Below are positions 27,501-41,066 of a stretch of 64,000 nt of DNA, piece by piece. Each line of letters opens with the position of its first letter. The stretch's first letter is position 1. This stretch comes from Auanema rhodensis (lineage: Eukaryota > Animalia > Nematoda). Position numbers and translations under genes: made by a program. Location of the stretch: assembly GCA_964057225.1 (NCBI GenBank), contig OZ059894.1, forward strand, positions 930,001-994,000. The letters are read 5' to 3'. The notes under the pieces are model-generated. The model was not told the DNA's origin. It made no database searches and was given only the letters and a program-made list of their open reading frames with translations.

Positions 27501-29484
27501 ACATTTTAACAAAAATTTTTTCGAAAAATTTCAAAATAATTTAGCAAAAAGTAGATGTTTTTAGATTCCTTTTTCTAACGCAAAGACGATGGACAATGTT
27601 ATTCAACGAAAAAATTAATTCTTCAGGGTGAAAATCGAGGATATAAGTGTGAACTTATATCAGTTGATATCTCGGTGCATTTTTAAGCTAGCGCAAATCT
27701 GATAACACAGATCGACGCAGCTTAAAAATCCGCATCGAATGCACTATACTACATTGAGAAACGCTTAATACAAAAATTAGTTATGATCGTTTGAAAAATG
27801 ATGCATTAGTGTATGTTGAGTTTCCATGTACACTCAACATTGCTTCCAAAAACATTTTGACAAAAATTTTTTCGAAAAATTTCAAAATAATTTAGCAAAA
27901 CGTAGATGTTTTTAGATTCCTTTTTTCAAGGCAAACACGATGGACAATGTTTTTCAACGAAAAAATTAGTTCTTCAGGGTGAAAATCGAGGATATAAGTG
28001 TGAACTTATATCAGTTGATATCTCGGTGCATTTTTAAGCTAGCGCAAATCTGATAACACAGATCGACGCAGCTTAAAAATCCGCATCGAATGCACTATAC
28101 TACTTTGAGAAACGCTTAATACAAAAATTAGTTATGATCGTTTGAAAAATGATGCATTAGTGTATGTTGAGTTTCCATGTACACTCAACATTGCTTCCAA
28201 AAACATTTTGACAAAAATTTTTTCGAAAAATTTCAAAATAATTTAGCAAAAAGTAGATGTTATAAGATTCCTTTTTTCAAGGCAAACACGATGGACATTG
28301 TTTTTCAACGAAAAAATTAGTTCTTCAGGGTGAAAATCGAGGATATAAGTGTGAACTTATATCAGTTGATATCTCGGTGCATTTTTAAGCTAGCGCAAAT
28401 CTGATAACACAGATCGACGCAGCTTAAAAATCCGCATCGAATGCACTATACTACTTTGAGAAACGCTTAATACAAAAATTAGTTATGATCGTTTGAAAAA
28501 TGATGCATTAGTGTATGTTGAGTTTCCATGTACACTCAACATTGCTTCCAAAAACATTTTGACAAAAATTTTTTCGAAAAATTTCAAAATAATTTAGCAA
28601 AAAGTAGATGTTATAAGATTCCTTCTTTCAAGGCAAACACGATGGACAATGTTTTTCAACGAAAAAATTAGTTCTTCAGGGTGAAAATCGAGGATATAAG
28701 TGTGAACTTATATCAGTTGATATCTCGGTGCATTTTTAAGCTAGCGCAAATCTGATAACACAGATCGACGCAGCTTAAAAATCCGCATCGAATGCACTAT
28801 ACTACTTTGAGAAACGCTTAATATAAAAATTAGTTATGATCGTTTGAAAAATGATGCATTAGTGTATGTTGAGTTTCCATGTACACTCAACATTGCTTCC
28901 AAAAACATTTTGACAAAAATTTTTTCGAAAAATTTCAAAATAATTTAGCAAAAAGTAGATGTTTTTAGATTCCTTTTTCTAACGCAAAGACGATGGACGA
29001 TGTTATTCAACGAAAAAATTAATTCTTCAGGGTGAAAATCGAGGATATAAGTGTGAACTTATATCAGTTGATATCTCGGTGCATTTTTAAGCTAGCGCAA
29101 ATCTGATAACACAGATCGATGCAGCTTAAAAATCCGCATCGAATGCACTATACTACTTTGAGAAACGCTTAATACAAAAATTAGTTATGATCGTTTGAAA
29201 AATGATGCATTAGTGTATGTTGAGTTTCCATGTACACTCAACATTGCTTCCAAAAACATTTTGACAAAAATTTTTTCGAAAAATTTCAAAATAATTTAGC
29301 AAAAAGTAGATGTTATAAGATTCCTTTTTTCAAGGCAAACACGATGGACAATGTTTTTCAACGAAAAAATTAGTTCTTCAGGGTGAAAATCGAGGATATA
29401 AGTGTGAACTTATATCAGTTGATATCTCGGTGCATTTTTAAGCTAGCGCAAATCTGATAACACAGATCGACGCAGCTTAAAAAT
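24571..29484. repeat. One complete copy of inferred ancestral 14-mer HOR (4914 bp), M71-M84
   Basis: CAAGAT..GCAGAA marker at 24727 and again at 29641 (+4914). The intervening order matches runs M5-14, M16-26 and M87-99. Confidence 0.65.
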
Positions 29485-32400
29485 CCGCATCGAATGCACT
29501 ATACTACTTTGAGAAACGCTTAATATAAAAATTAGTTATGATCGTTTGAAAAATGATGCATTAGTGTATGTTGAGTTTCCATGTACACTCAACATTGCTT
29601 CCAAAAACATTTTGACAAAAATTTTTTCGAAAAATTTCAAGATAATTTAGCAGAAAGTAGATGTTTTTAGATTCCTTTTTTCAAGGCAAACACGATGGAC
29701 AATGTTTTTCAACGAAAAAATTAGTTCTTCAGGGTGAAAATCGAGGATATATGTGTGAACTTATATCAGTTGATATCTCGGTGCATTTTTAAGCTAGCGC
29801 AAATCTGATAACACAGATCGACGCAGCTTAAAAATCCGCATCGAATGCACTATACTACTTTGAGAAACGCTTAATATAAAAATTAGTTATGATCGTTTGA
29901 AAAATGATGCATTAGTGTATGTTGAGTTTCCATGTACACTCAACATTGCTTCCAAAAACATTTTAACAAAAATTTTTTCGAAAAATTTCAAAATAATTTA
30001 GCAAAAAGTAGATGTTTTTAGATTCCTTTTTCTAACGCAAAGACGATGGACAATGTTATTCAACGAAAAAATTAATTCTTCAGGGTGAAAATCGAGGATA
30101 TAAGTGTGAACTTATATCAGTTGATATCTCGGTGCATTTTTAAGCTAGCGCAAATCTGATAACACAGATCGACGCAGCTTAAAAATCCGCATCGAATGCA
30201 CTATATTACAGTAAAAAATCTTCAATACAAAAATTAGTTATGATCGTTTGAAAAATGATGCATTAGTGTATGTTGAGTTTCCATGTACACTCAACATTGC
30301 TTCCAAAAACATTTTGACAAAAATTTTTTCGAAAAATTTCAAAATAATTTAGCAAAAAGTAGATGTTTTAAGATTCCTTTTTTCAAGGCAAACACGATGG
30401 ACAATGTTTTTCAACGAAAAAATTAGTTCTTCAGGGTGAAAATCGAGGATATAAGTGTGAACTTATATCAGTTGATATCTCGGTGCATTTTTAAGCTAGC
30501 GCAAATCTGATAACACAGATCGACGCAGCTTAAAAATCCGCATCGAATGCACTATACTACTTTGAGAAACGCTTAATATAAAAATTAGTTATGATCGTTT
30601 GAAAAATGATGCATTAGTGTATGTTGAGTTTCCATGTACACTCAACATTGCTTCCAAAAACATTTTAACAAAAATTTTTTCGAAAAATTTCAAAATAATT
30701 TAGCAAAAAGTAGATGTTTTTAGATTCCTTTTTCTAACGCAAAGACGATGGACAATGTTATTCAACGAAAAAATTAATTCTTCAGGGTGAAAATCGAGGA
30801 TATAAGTGTGAACTTATATCAGTTGATATCTCGGTGCATTTTTAAGCTAGCGCAAATCTGATAACACAGATCGACGCAGCTTAAAAATCCGCATCGAATG
30901 CACTATACTACATTGAGAAACGCTTAATACAAAAATTAGTTATGATCGTTTGAAAAATGATGCATTAGTGTATGTTGAGTTTCCATGTACACTCAACATT
31001 GCTTCCAAAAACATTTTGACAAAAATTTTTTCGAAAAATTTCAAAATAATTTAGCAAAACGTAGATGTTTTTAGATTCCTTTTTTCAAGGCAAACACGAT
31101 GGACAATGTTTTTCAACGAAAAAATTAGTTCTTCAGGGTGAAAATCGAGGATATAAGTGTGAACTTATATCAGTTGATATCTCGGTGCATTTTTAAGCTA
31201 GCGCAAATCTGATAACACAGATCGACGCAGCTTAAAAATCCGCATCGAATGCACTATACTACTTTGAGAAACGCTTAATACAAAAATTAGTTATGATCGT
31301 TTGAAAAATGATGCATTAGTGTATGTTGAGTTTCCATGTACACTCAACATTGCTTCCAAAAACATTTTGACAAAAATTTTTTCGAAAAATTTCAAAATAA
31401 TTTAGCAAAAAGTAGATGTTATAAGATTCCTTTTTTCAAGGCAAACACGATGGACATTGTTTTTCAACGAAAAAATTAGTTCTTCAGGGTGAAAATCGAG
31501 GATATAAGTGTGAACTTATATCAGTTGATATCTCGGTGCATTTTTAAGCTAGCGCAAATCTGATAACACAGATCGACGCAGCTTAAAAATCCGCATCGAA
31601 TGCACTATACTACTTTGAGAAACGCTTAATACAAAAATTAGTTATGATCGTTTGAAAAATGATGCATTAGTGTATGTTGAGTTTCCATGTACACTCAACA
31701 TTGCTTCCAAAAACATTTTGACAAAAATTTTTTCGAAAAATTTCAAAATAATTTAGCAAAAAGTAGATGTTATAAGATTCCTTCTTTCAAGGCAAACACG
31801 ATGGACAATGTTTTTCAACGAAAAAATTAGTTCTTCAGGGTGAAAATCGAGGATATAAGTGTGAACTTATATCAGTTGATATCTCGGTGCATTTTTAAGC
31901 TAGCGCAAATCTGATAACACAGATCGACGCAGCTTAAAAATCCGCATCGAATGCACTATACTACTTTGAGAAACGCTTAATATAAAAATTAGTTATGATC
32001 GTTTGAAAAATGATGCATTAGTGTATGTTGAGTTTCCATGTACACTCAATATTGCTTCCAAAAACATTTTGACAAAAATTTTTTCGAAAAATTTCAAAAT
32101 AATTTAGCAAAAAGTAGATGTTTTTAGATTCCTTTTTCTAACGCAAAGACGATGGACGATGTTATTCAACGAAAAAATTAATTCTTCAGGGTGAAAATCG
32201 AGGATGTAAGTGTGAACTTATATCAGTTGATATCTCGGTGCATTTTTAAGCTAGCGCAAATCTGATAACACAGATCGATGCAGCTTAAAAATCCGCATCG
32301 AATGCACTATACTACTTTGAGAAACGCTTAATACAAAAATTAGTTATGATCGTTTGAAAAATGATGCATTAGTGTATGTTGAGTTTCCATGTACACTCAA

Positions 32401-32994
32401 CATTGCTTCCAAAAACATTTTGACAAAAATTTTTTCGAAAAATTTCAAAATAATTTAGCAAAAAGTAGATGTTATAAGATTCCTTTTTTCAAGGCAAACA
32501 CGATGGACAATGTTTTTCAACGAAAAAATTAGTTCTTCAGGGTGAAAATCGAGGATATAAGTGTGAACTTATATCAGTTGATATCTCGGTGCATTTTTAA
32601 GCTAGCGCAAATCTGATAACACAGATCGACGCAGCTTAAAAATCCGCATCGAATGCACTATACTACTTTGAGAAACGCTTAATATAAAAATTAGTTATGA
32701 TCGTTTGAAAAATGATGCATTAGTGTATGTTGAGTTTCCATGTACACTCAACATTGCTTCCAAAAACATTTTGACAAAAATTTTTTCGAAAAATTTCAAG
32801 ATAATTTAGCAGAAAGTAGATGTTTTTAGATTCCTTTTTCTAACGCAAAGACGATGGACAATGTTATTCAACGAAAAAATTAATTCTTCAGGGTGAAAAT
32901 CGAGGATATAAGTGTGAACTTATATCAGTTGATATTTCGGTGCATTTTTAAGCTAGCGCAAATCTGATAACACAGATCGATGCAGCTTAAAAAT
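27028..32994. repeat. Local duplication, period 9 monomers (3159 bp): M78-85 ~ M87-94
   Basis: Private CCTTCTTT variant at 28625 and 31784 (+3159); flanking monomer order matches. Confidence 0.85.
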
Positions 32995-35900
32995 CCGCAT
33001 CGAATGCACTATACTACTTTGAGAAACGCTTAATACAAAAATTAGTTATGATCGTTTGAAAAATGATGCATTAGTGTATGTTGAGTTTCCATGTACACTC
33101 AACATTGCTTCCAAAAACATTTTGACAAAAATTTTTTCAAAAAATTTCAAAATAATTTAGCAAAAAGTAGATGTTTTTAGATTCCTTTTTTCAAGGCAAA
33201 GACGATAGACAATGTTATTCAACGAAAAAATTAATTCTTCAGGGTGAAAATCGAGGATATAAGTGTGAACTTATATCAGTTGATATCTCGGTGCATTTTT
33301 AAGCTAGCGCAAATCTGATAACACAGATCGACGCAGCTTAAAAATCCGCATCGAATGCACTATATTACAGTAAAAAATCTTCAATACAAAAATTAGTTAT
33401 GATCGTTTGAAAAATGATGCATTAGTGTATGTTGAGTTTCCATGTACACTCAACATTGCTTCCAAAAACATTTTGACAAAAATTTTTTCGAAAAATTTCA
33501 AAATAATTTAGCAAAAAGTAGATGTTTTAAGATTCCTTTTTTCAAGGCAAACACGATGGACAATGTTTTTCAACGAAAAAATTAGTTCTTCAGGGTGAAA
33601 ATCGAGGATATAAGTGTGAACTTATATCAGTTGATATCTCGGTGCATTTTTAAGCTAGCGCAAATCTGATAACACAGATCGACGCAGCTTAAAAATCCGC
33701 ATCGAATGCACTATACTACATTGAGAAACGCTTAATACAAAAATTAGTTATGATCGTTTGAAAAATGATGCATTAGTGTATGTTGAGTTTCCATGTACAC
33801 TCAACATTGCTTCCAAAAACATTTTGACAAAAATTTTTTCGAAAAATTTCAAAATAATTTAGCAAAAAGTAGATGTTTTTAGATTCCTTTTTCTAACGCA
33901 AAGACGATGGACGATGTTATTCAACGAAAAAATTAATTCTTCAGGGTGAAAATCGAGGATATAAGTGTGAACTTATATCAGTTGATATCTCGGTGCATTT
34001 TTAAGCTAGCGCAAATCTGATAACACAGATCGATGCAGCTTAAAAATCCGCATCGAATGCACTATACTACTTTGAGAAACGCTTAATACAAAAATTAGTT
34101 ATGATCGTTTGAAAAATGATGCATTAGTGTATGTTGAGTTTCCATGTACACTCAACATTGCTTCCAAAAACATTTTGACAAAAATTTTTTCAAAAAATTT
34201 CAAAATAATTTAGCAAAAAGTAGATGTTTTTAAATTCCTTTTTTCAAGGCAAAGACGATAGACAATGTTATTCAACGAAAAAATTAATTCTTCAGGGTGA
34301 AAATCGAGGATATAAGTGTGAACTTATATCAGTTGATATCTCGGTGCATTTTTAAGCTAGCGCAAATCTGATAACACAGATCGACGCAGCTTAAAAATCC
34401 GCATCGAATGCACTATACTACTTTGAAAAACGCTTAATACAAAAATTAGTTATGATCGTTTGAAAAATGATGCATTAGTGTATGTTGAGTTTCCATGTAC
34501 ACTCAACATTGCTTCCAAAAACATTTTGACAAAAATTTTTTCGAAAAATTTCAAAATAATTTAGCAAAAAGTAGATGTTTTAAGATTCCTTTTTTCAAGG
34601 CAAACACGATGGACAATGTTTTTCAACGAAAAAATTAGTTCTTCAGGGTGAAAATCGAGGATATAAGTGTGAACTTATATCAGTTGATATCTCGGTGCAT
34701 TTTTAAGCTAGCGCAAATCTGATAACACAGATCGACGCAGCTTAAAAATCCGCATCGAATGCACTATACTACTTTGAGAAACGCTTAATATAAAAATTAG
34801 TTATGATTGTTTGAAAAATGATGCATTAGTGTATGTTGAGTTTCCATGTACACTCAACATTGCTTCCAAAAACATTTTGACAAAAATTTTTTCGAAAAAT
34901 TTCAAAATAATTTAGCAAAAAGTAGATGTTTTTAGATTCCTTTTTCTAACGCAAAGACGATGGACAATGTTATTCAACGAAAAAATTAATTCTTCAGGGT
35001 GAAAATCGAGGATATAAGTGTGAACTTATATCAGTTGATATCTCGGTGCATTTTTAAGCTAGCGCAAATCTGATAACACAGATCGACGCAGCTTAAAAAT
35101 CCGCATCGAATTCACTAAACTACATTGAGAAACGCTTAATACAAAAATTAGTTATGATCGTTTGAAAAATGATGCATTAGTGTATGTTGAGTTTCCATGT
35201 ACACTCAACATTGCTTCCAAAAACATTTTGACAAAAATTTTTTCGAAAAATTTCAAAATAATTTAGCAAAACGTAGATGTTTTTAGATTCCTTTTTTCAA
35301 GGCAAACACGATGGACAATGTTTTTCAACGAAAAAATTAGTTCTTCAGGGTGAAAATCGAGGATATAAGTGTAAACTTATATCAGTTGATATCTCGGTGC
35401 ATTTTTAAGCTAGCGCAAATCTGATAACACAGATCGACGCAGCTTAAAAATCCGCATCGAATGCACTATACTACTTTGAGAAACGCTTAATACAAAAATT
35501 AGTTATGATCGTTTGAAAAATGATGCATTAGTGTATGTTGAGTTTCCATGTACACTCAACATTGCTTCCAAAAACATTTTGACAAAAATTTTTTCAAAAA
35601 ATTTCAAAATAATTTAGCAAAAAGTAGATGTTTTTAGATTCCTTTTTTCAAGGCAAAGACGATGGACAATGTTATTCAACGAAAAAATTAATTCTTCAGG
35701 GTGAAAATCGAGGATATAAGTGTGAACTTATATCAGTTGATATCTCGGTGCATTTTTAAGCTAGCGCAAATCTGATAACACAGATCGACGCAGCTTAAAA
35801 ATCCGCATCGAATGCACTATACTACATCGAGAAACGCTTAATACAAAAATTAGTTATGATCGTTTGAAAAATGATGCATTAGTGTATGTTGAGTTTCCAT

Positions 35901-38900
35901 GTACACTCAACATTGCTTCCAAAAACATTTTGACAAAAATTTTTTCGAAAAATTTCAAAATAATTTAGCAAAAAGTAGATGTTTTAAGATTCATTTTTTC
36001 AAGGCAAACACGATGGACAATGTTTTTCAACGAAAAAATTAGTTCTTCAGGGTGAAAATCGAGGATATAAGTGTGAACTTATATCAGTTGATATCTCGGT
36101 GCATTTTTAAGCTAGCGCAAATCTGATAACACAGATCGACGCAGCTTAAAAATCCGCATCGAATGCACTATACTACTTTGAGAAACGCTTAATATAAAAA
36201 TTAGTTATGATCGTTTGAAAAATGATGCATTAGTGTATGTTGAGTTTCCATGTACACTCAACATTGCTTCCAAAAACATTTTGACAAAAATTTTTTCGAA
36301 AAATTTCAAAATAATTTAGCAAAAAGTAGATGTTTTAAGATTCATTTTTTCAAGGCAAACACGATGGACAATGTTTTTCAACGAAAAAATTAGTTCTTCA
36401 GGGTGAAAATCGAGGATATAAGTGTGAACTTATATCAGTTGATATCTCGGTGCATTTTTAAGCTAGCGCAAATCTGATAACACAGATCGACGCAGCTTAA
36501 AAATCCGCATCGAATGCACTATACTACTTTGAAAAACGCTTAATACAAAAATTAGTTATGATCGTTTGAAAAATGATGCATTAGTGTATGTTGAGTTTCC
36601 ATGTACACTCAACATTGCTTCCAAAAACATTTTGACAAAAATTTTTTCAAAAAATTTCAAAATAATTTAGCAAAAAGTAGATGTTTTTAGATTCCTTTTT
36701 TCAAGGCAAAGACGATAGACAATGTTATTCAACGAAAAAATTAATTCTTCAGGGTGAAAATCGAGGATATAAGTGTGAACTTATATCAGTTGATATCTCG
36801 GTGCATTTTTAAGCTAGCGCAAATCTGATAACACAGATCGACGCAGCTTAAAAATCCGCATCGAATGCACTATATTACAGTAAAAAATCTTCAATACAAA
36901 AATTAGTTATGATCGTTTGAAAAATGATGCATTAGTGTATGTTGAGTTTCCATGTACACTCAACATTGCTTCCAAAAACATTTTGACAAAAATTTTTTCG
37001 AAAAATTTCAAGATAATTTAGCAGAAAGTAGATGTTTTTAGATTCCTTTTTCTAACGCAAAGACGATGGACAATGTTATTCAACGAAAAAATTAATTCTT
37101 CAGGGTGAAAATCGAGGATATAAGTGTGAACTTATATCAGTTGATATCTCGGTGCATTTTTAAGCTAGCGCAAATCTGATAACACAGATCGACGCAGCCT
37201 AAAAATCCGCATCGAATGCACTATACTACTTTGAGAAACGCTTAATATAAAAATTAGTTATGATCGTTTGAAAAATGATGCATTAGTGTATGTTGAGTTT
37301 CCATGTACACTCAACATTGCTTCCAAAAACATTTTGACAAAAATTTTTTCGAAAAATTTCAAGATAATTTAGCAGAAAGTAGATGTTTTTAGATTCCTTT
37401 TTCTAACGCAAAGACGATGGACAATGTTATTCAACGAAAAAATTAATTCTTCAGGGTGAAAATCGAGGATATAAGTGTGAACTTATATCAGTTGATATCT
37501 CGGTGCATTTTTAAGCTAGCGCAAATCTGATAACACAGATCGATGCAGCTTAAAAATCCGCATCGAATGCACTATACTACTTTGAGAAACGCTTAATACA
37601 AAAATTAGTTATGATCGTTTGAAAAATGATGCATTAGTGTATGTTGAGTTTCCATGTACACTCAACATTGCTTCCAAAAACATTTTGACAAAAATTTTTT
37701 CAAAAATTTCAAAATAATTTAGCAAAAAGTAGATGTTTTTAGATTCCTTTTTTCAAGGCAAAGACGATAGACAATGTTATTCAACGAAAAAATTAATTCT
37801 TCAGGGTGAAAATCGAGGATATAAGTGTGAACTTATATCAGTTGATATCTCGGTGCATTTTTAAGCTAGCGCAAATCTGATAACACAGATCGACGCAGCT
37901 TAAAAATCCGCATCGAATGCACTATATTACAGTAAAAAATCTTCAATACAAAAATTAGTTATGATCGTTTGAAAAATGATGCATTAGTGTATGTTGAGTT
38001 TCCATGTACACTCAACATTGCTTCCAAAAACATTTTGACAAAAATTTTTTCGAAAAATTTCAAAATAATTTAGCAAAAAGTAGATGTTTTAAGATTCCTT
38101 TTTTCAAGGCAAACACGATGGACAATGTTTTTCAACGAAAAAATTAGTTCTTCAGGGTGAAAATCGAGGATATAAGTGTGAACTTATATCAGTTGATATC
38201 TCGGTGCATTTTTAAGCTAGCGCAAATCTGATAACACAGATCGACGCAGCTTAAAAATCCGCATCGAATGCACTATACTACATTGAGAAACGCTTAATAC
38301 AAAAATTAGTTATGATCGTTTGAAAAATGATGCATTAGTGTATGTTGAGTTTCCATGTACACTCAACATTGCTTCCAAAAACATTTTGACAAAAATTTTT
38401 TCGAAAAATTTCAAAATAATTTAGCAAAAAGTAGATGTTTTTAGATTCCTTTTTCTAACGCAAAGACGATGGACGATGTTATTCAACGAAAAAATTAATT
38501 CTTCAGGGTGAAAATCGAGGATATAAGTGTGAACTTATATCAGTTGATATCTCGGTGCATTTTTAAGCTAGCGCAAATCTGATAACACAGATCGATGCAG
38601 CTTAAAAATCCGCATCGAATGCACTATACTACTTTGAGAAACGCTTAATACAAAAATTAGTTATGATCGTTTGAAAAATGATGCATTAGTGTATGTTGAG
38701 TTTCCATGTACACTCAACATTGCTTCCAAAAACATTTTGACAAAAATTTTTTCAAAAAATTTCAAAATAATTTAGCAAAAAGTAGATGTTTTTAAATTCC
38801 TTTTTTCAAGGCAAAGACGATAGACAATGTTATTCAACGAAAAAATTAATTCTTCAGGGTGAAAATCGAGGATATAAGTGTGAACTTATATCAGTTGATA

Positions 38901-41066
38901 TCTCGGTGCATTTTTAAGCTAGCGCAAATCTGATAACACAGATCGACGCAGCTTAAAAATCCGCATCGAATGCACTATACTACTTTGAAAAACGCTTAAT
39001 ACAAAAATTAGTTATGATCGTTTGAAAAATGATGCATTAGTGTATGTTGAGTTTCCATGTACACTCAACATTGCTTCCAAAAACATTTTGACAAAAATTT
39101 TTTCGAAAAATTTCAAAATAATTTAGCAAAAAGTAGATGTTTTAAGATTCCTTTTTTCAAGGCAAACACGATGGACAATGTTTTTCAACGAAAAAATTAG
39201 TTCTTCAGGGTGAAAATCGAGGATATAAGTGTGAACTTATATCAGTTGATATCTCGGTGCATTTTTAAGCTAGCGCAAATCTGATAACACAGATCGACGC
39301 AGCTTAAAAATCCGCATCGAATGCACTATACTACTTTGAGAAACGCTTAATATAAAAATTAGTTATGATCGTTTGAAAAATGATGCATTAGTGTATGTTG
39401 AGTTTCCATGTACACTCAACATTGCTTCCAAAAACATTTTGACAAAAATTTTTTCGAAAAATTTCAAAATAATTTAGCAAAAAGTAGATGTTTTTAGATT
39501 CCTTTTTCTAACGCAAAGACGATGGACAATGTTATTCAACGAAAAAATTAATTCTTCAGGGTGAAAATCGAGGATATAAGTGTGAACTTATATCAGTTGA
39601 TATCTCGGTGCATTTTTAAGCTAGCGCAAATCTGATAACACAGATCGACGCAGCTTAAAAATCCGCATCGAATTCACTATACTACATTGAGAAACGCTTA
39701 ATACAAAAATTAGTTATGATCGTTTGAAAAATGATGCATTAGTGTATGTTGAGTTTCCATGTACACTCAACATTGCTTCCAAAAACATTTTGACAAAAAT
39801 TTTTTCGAAAAATTTCAAAATAATTTAGCAAAACGTAGATGTTTTTAGATTCCTTTTTTCAAGGCAAACACGATGGACAATGTTTTTCAACGAAAAAATT
39901 AGTTCTTCAGGGTGAAAATCGAGGATATAAGTGTAAACTTATATCAGTTGATATCTCGGTGCATTTTTAAGCTAGCGCAAATCTGATAACACAGATCGAC
40001 GCAGCTTAAAAATCCGCATCGAATGCACTATACTACTTTGAGAAACGCTTAATACAAAAATTAGTTATGATCGTTTGAAAAATGATGCATTAGTGTATGT
40101 TGAGTTTCCATGTACACTCAACATTGCTTCCAAAAACATTTTGACAAAAATTTTTTCAAAAAATTTCAAAATAATTTAGCAAAAAGTAGATGTTTTTAGA
40201 TTCCTTTTTTCAAGGCAAAGACGATGGACAATGTTATTCAACGAAAAAATTAATTCTTCAGGGTGAAAATCGAGGATATAAGTGTGAACTTATATCAGTT
40301 GATATCTCGGTGCATTTTTAAGCTAGCGCAAATCTGATAACACAGATCGACGCAGCTTAAAAATCCGCATCGAATGCACTATACTACATTGAGAAACGCT
40401 TAATACAAAAATTAGTTATGATCGTTTGAAAAATGATGCATTAGTGTATGTTGAGTTTCCATGTACACTCAACATTGCTTCCAAAAACATTTTGACAAAA
40501 ATTTTTTCGAAAAATTTCAAAATAATTTAGCAAAAAGTAGATGTTTTAAGATTCATTTTTTCAAGGCAAACACGATGGACAATGTTTTTCAACGAAAAAA
40601 TTAGTTCTTCAGGGTGAAAATCGAGGATATAAGTGTGAACTTATATCAGTTGATATCTCGGTGCATTTTTAAGCTAGCGCAAATCTGATAACACAGATCG
40701 ACGCAGCTTAAAAATCCGCATCGAATGCACTATACTACTTTGAGAAACGCTTAATATAAAAATTAGTTATGATCGTTTGAAAAATGATGCATTAGTGTAT
40801 GTTGAGTTTCCATGTACACTCAACATTGCTTCCAAAAACATTTTGACAAAAATTTTTTCGAAAAATTTCAAAATAATTTAGCAAAAAGTAGATGTTTTAA
40901 GATTCATTTTTTCAAGGCAAACACGATGGACAATGTTTTTCAACGAAAAAATTAGTTCTTCAGGGTGAAAATCGAGGATATAAGTGTGAACTTATATCAG
41001 TTGATATCTCGGTGCATTTTTAAGCTAGCGCAAATCTGATAACACAGATCGACGCAGCTTAAAAAT
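32644..41066. repeat. Local duplication, period 13 monomers: M94-104 ~ M107-117
   Basis: Private GAATTC at 35108 and 39670 (+4562 = 13x351 - 1). The paired GATTCATTT monomers recur at the same offset. Confidence 0.88.
37558..37907. other. 350-bp monomer (1-bp deletion in A run near 37702-37706)
   Basis: TTTTTTCAAAAATTTC versus the usual TTTTTTCAAAAAATTTC; downstream phase shifts by -1. Confidence 0.9.

Noticed and set aside
352-37944. CRISPR-like array or variable-cassette system (constant blocks flanking a variable ~20-bp segment)
   Set aside because: The variable segments are a few recurring, alignable alleles rather than unique spacers. The unit is 351 bp, and there are no cas or recombinase genes.
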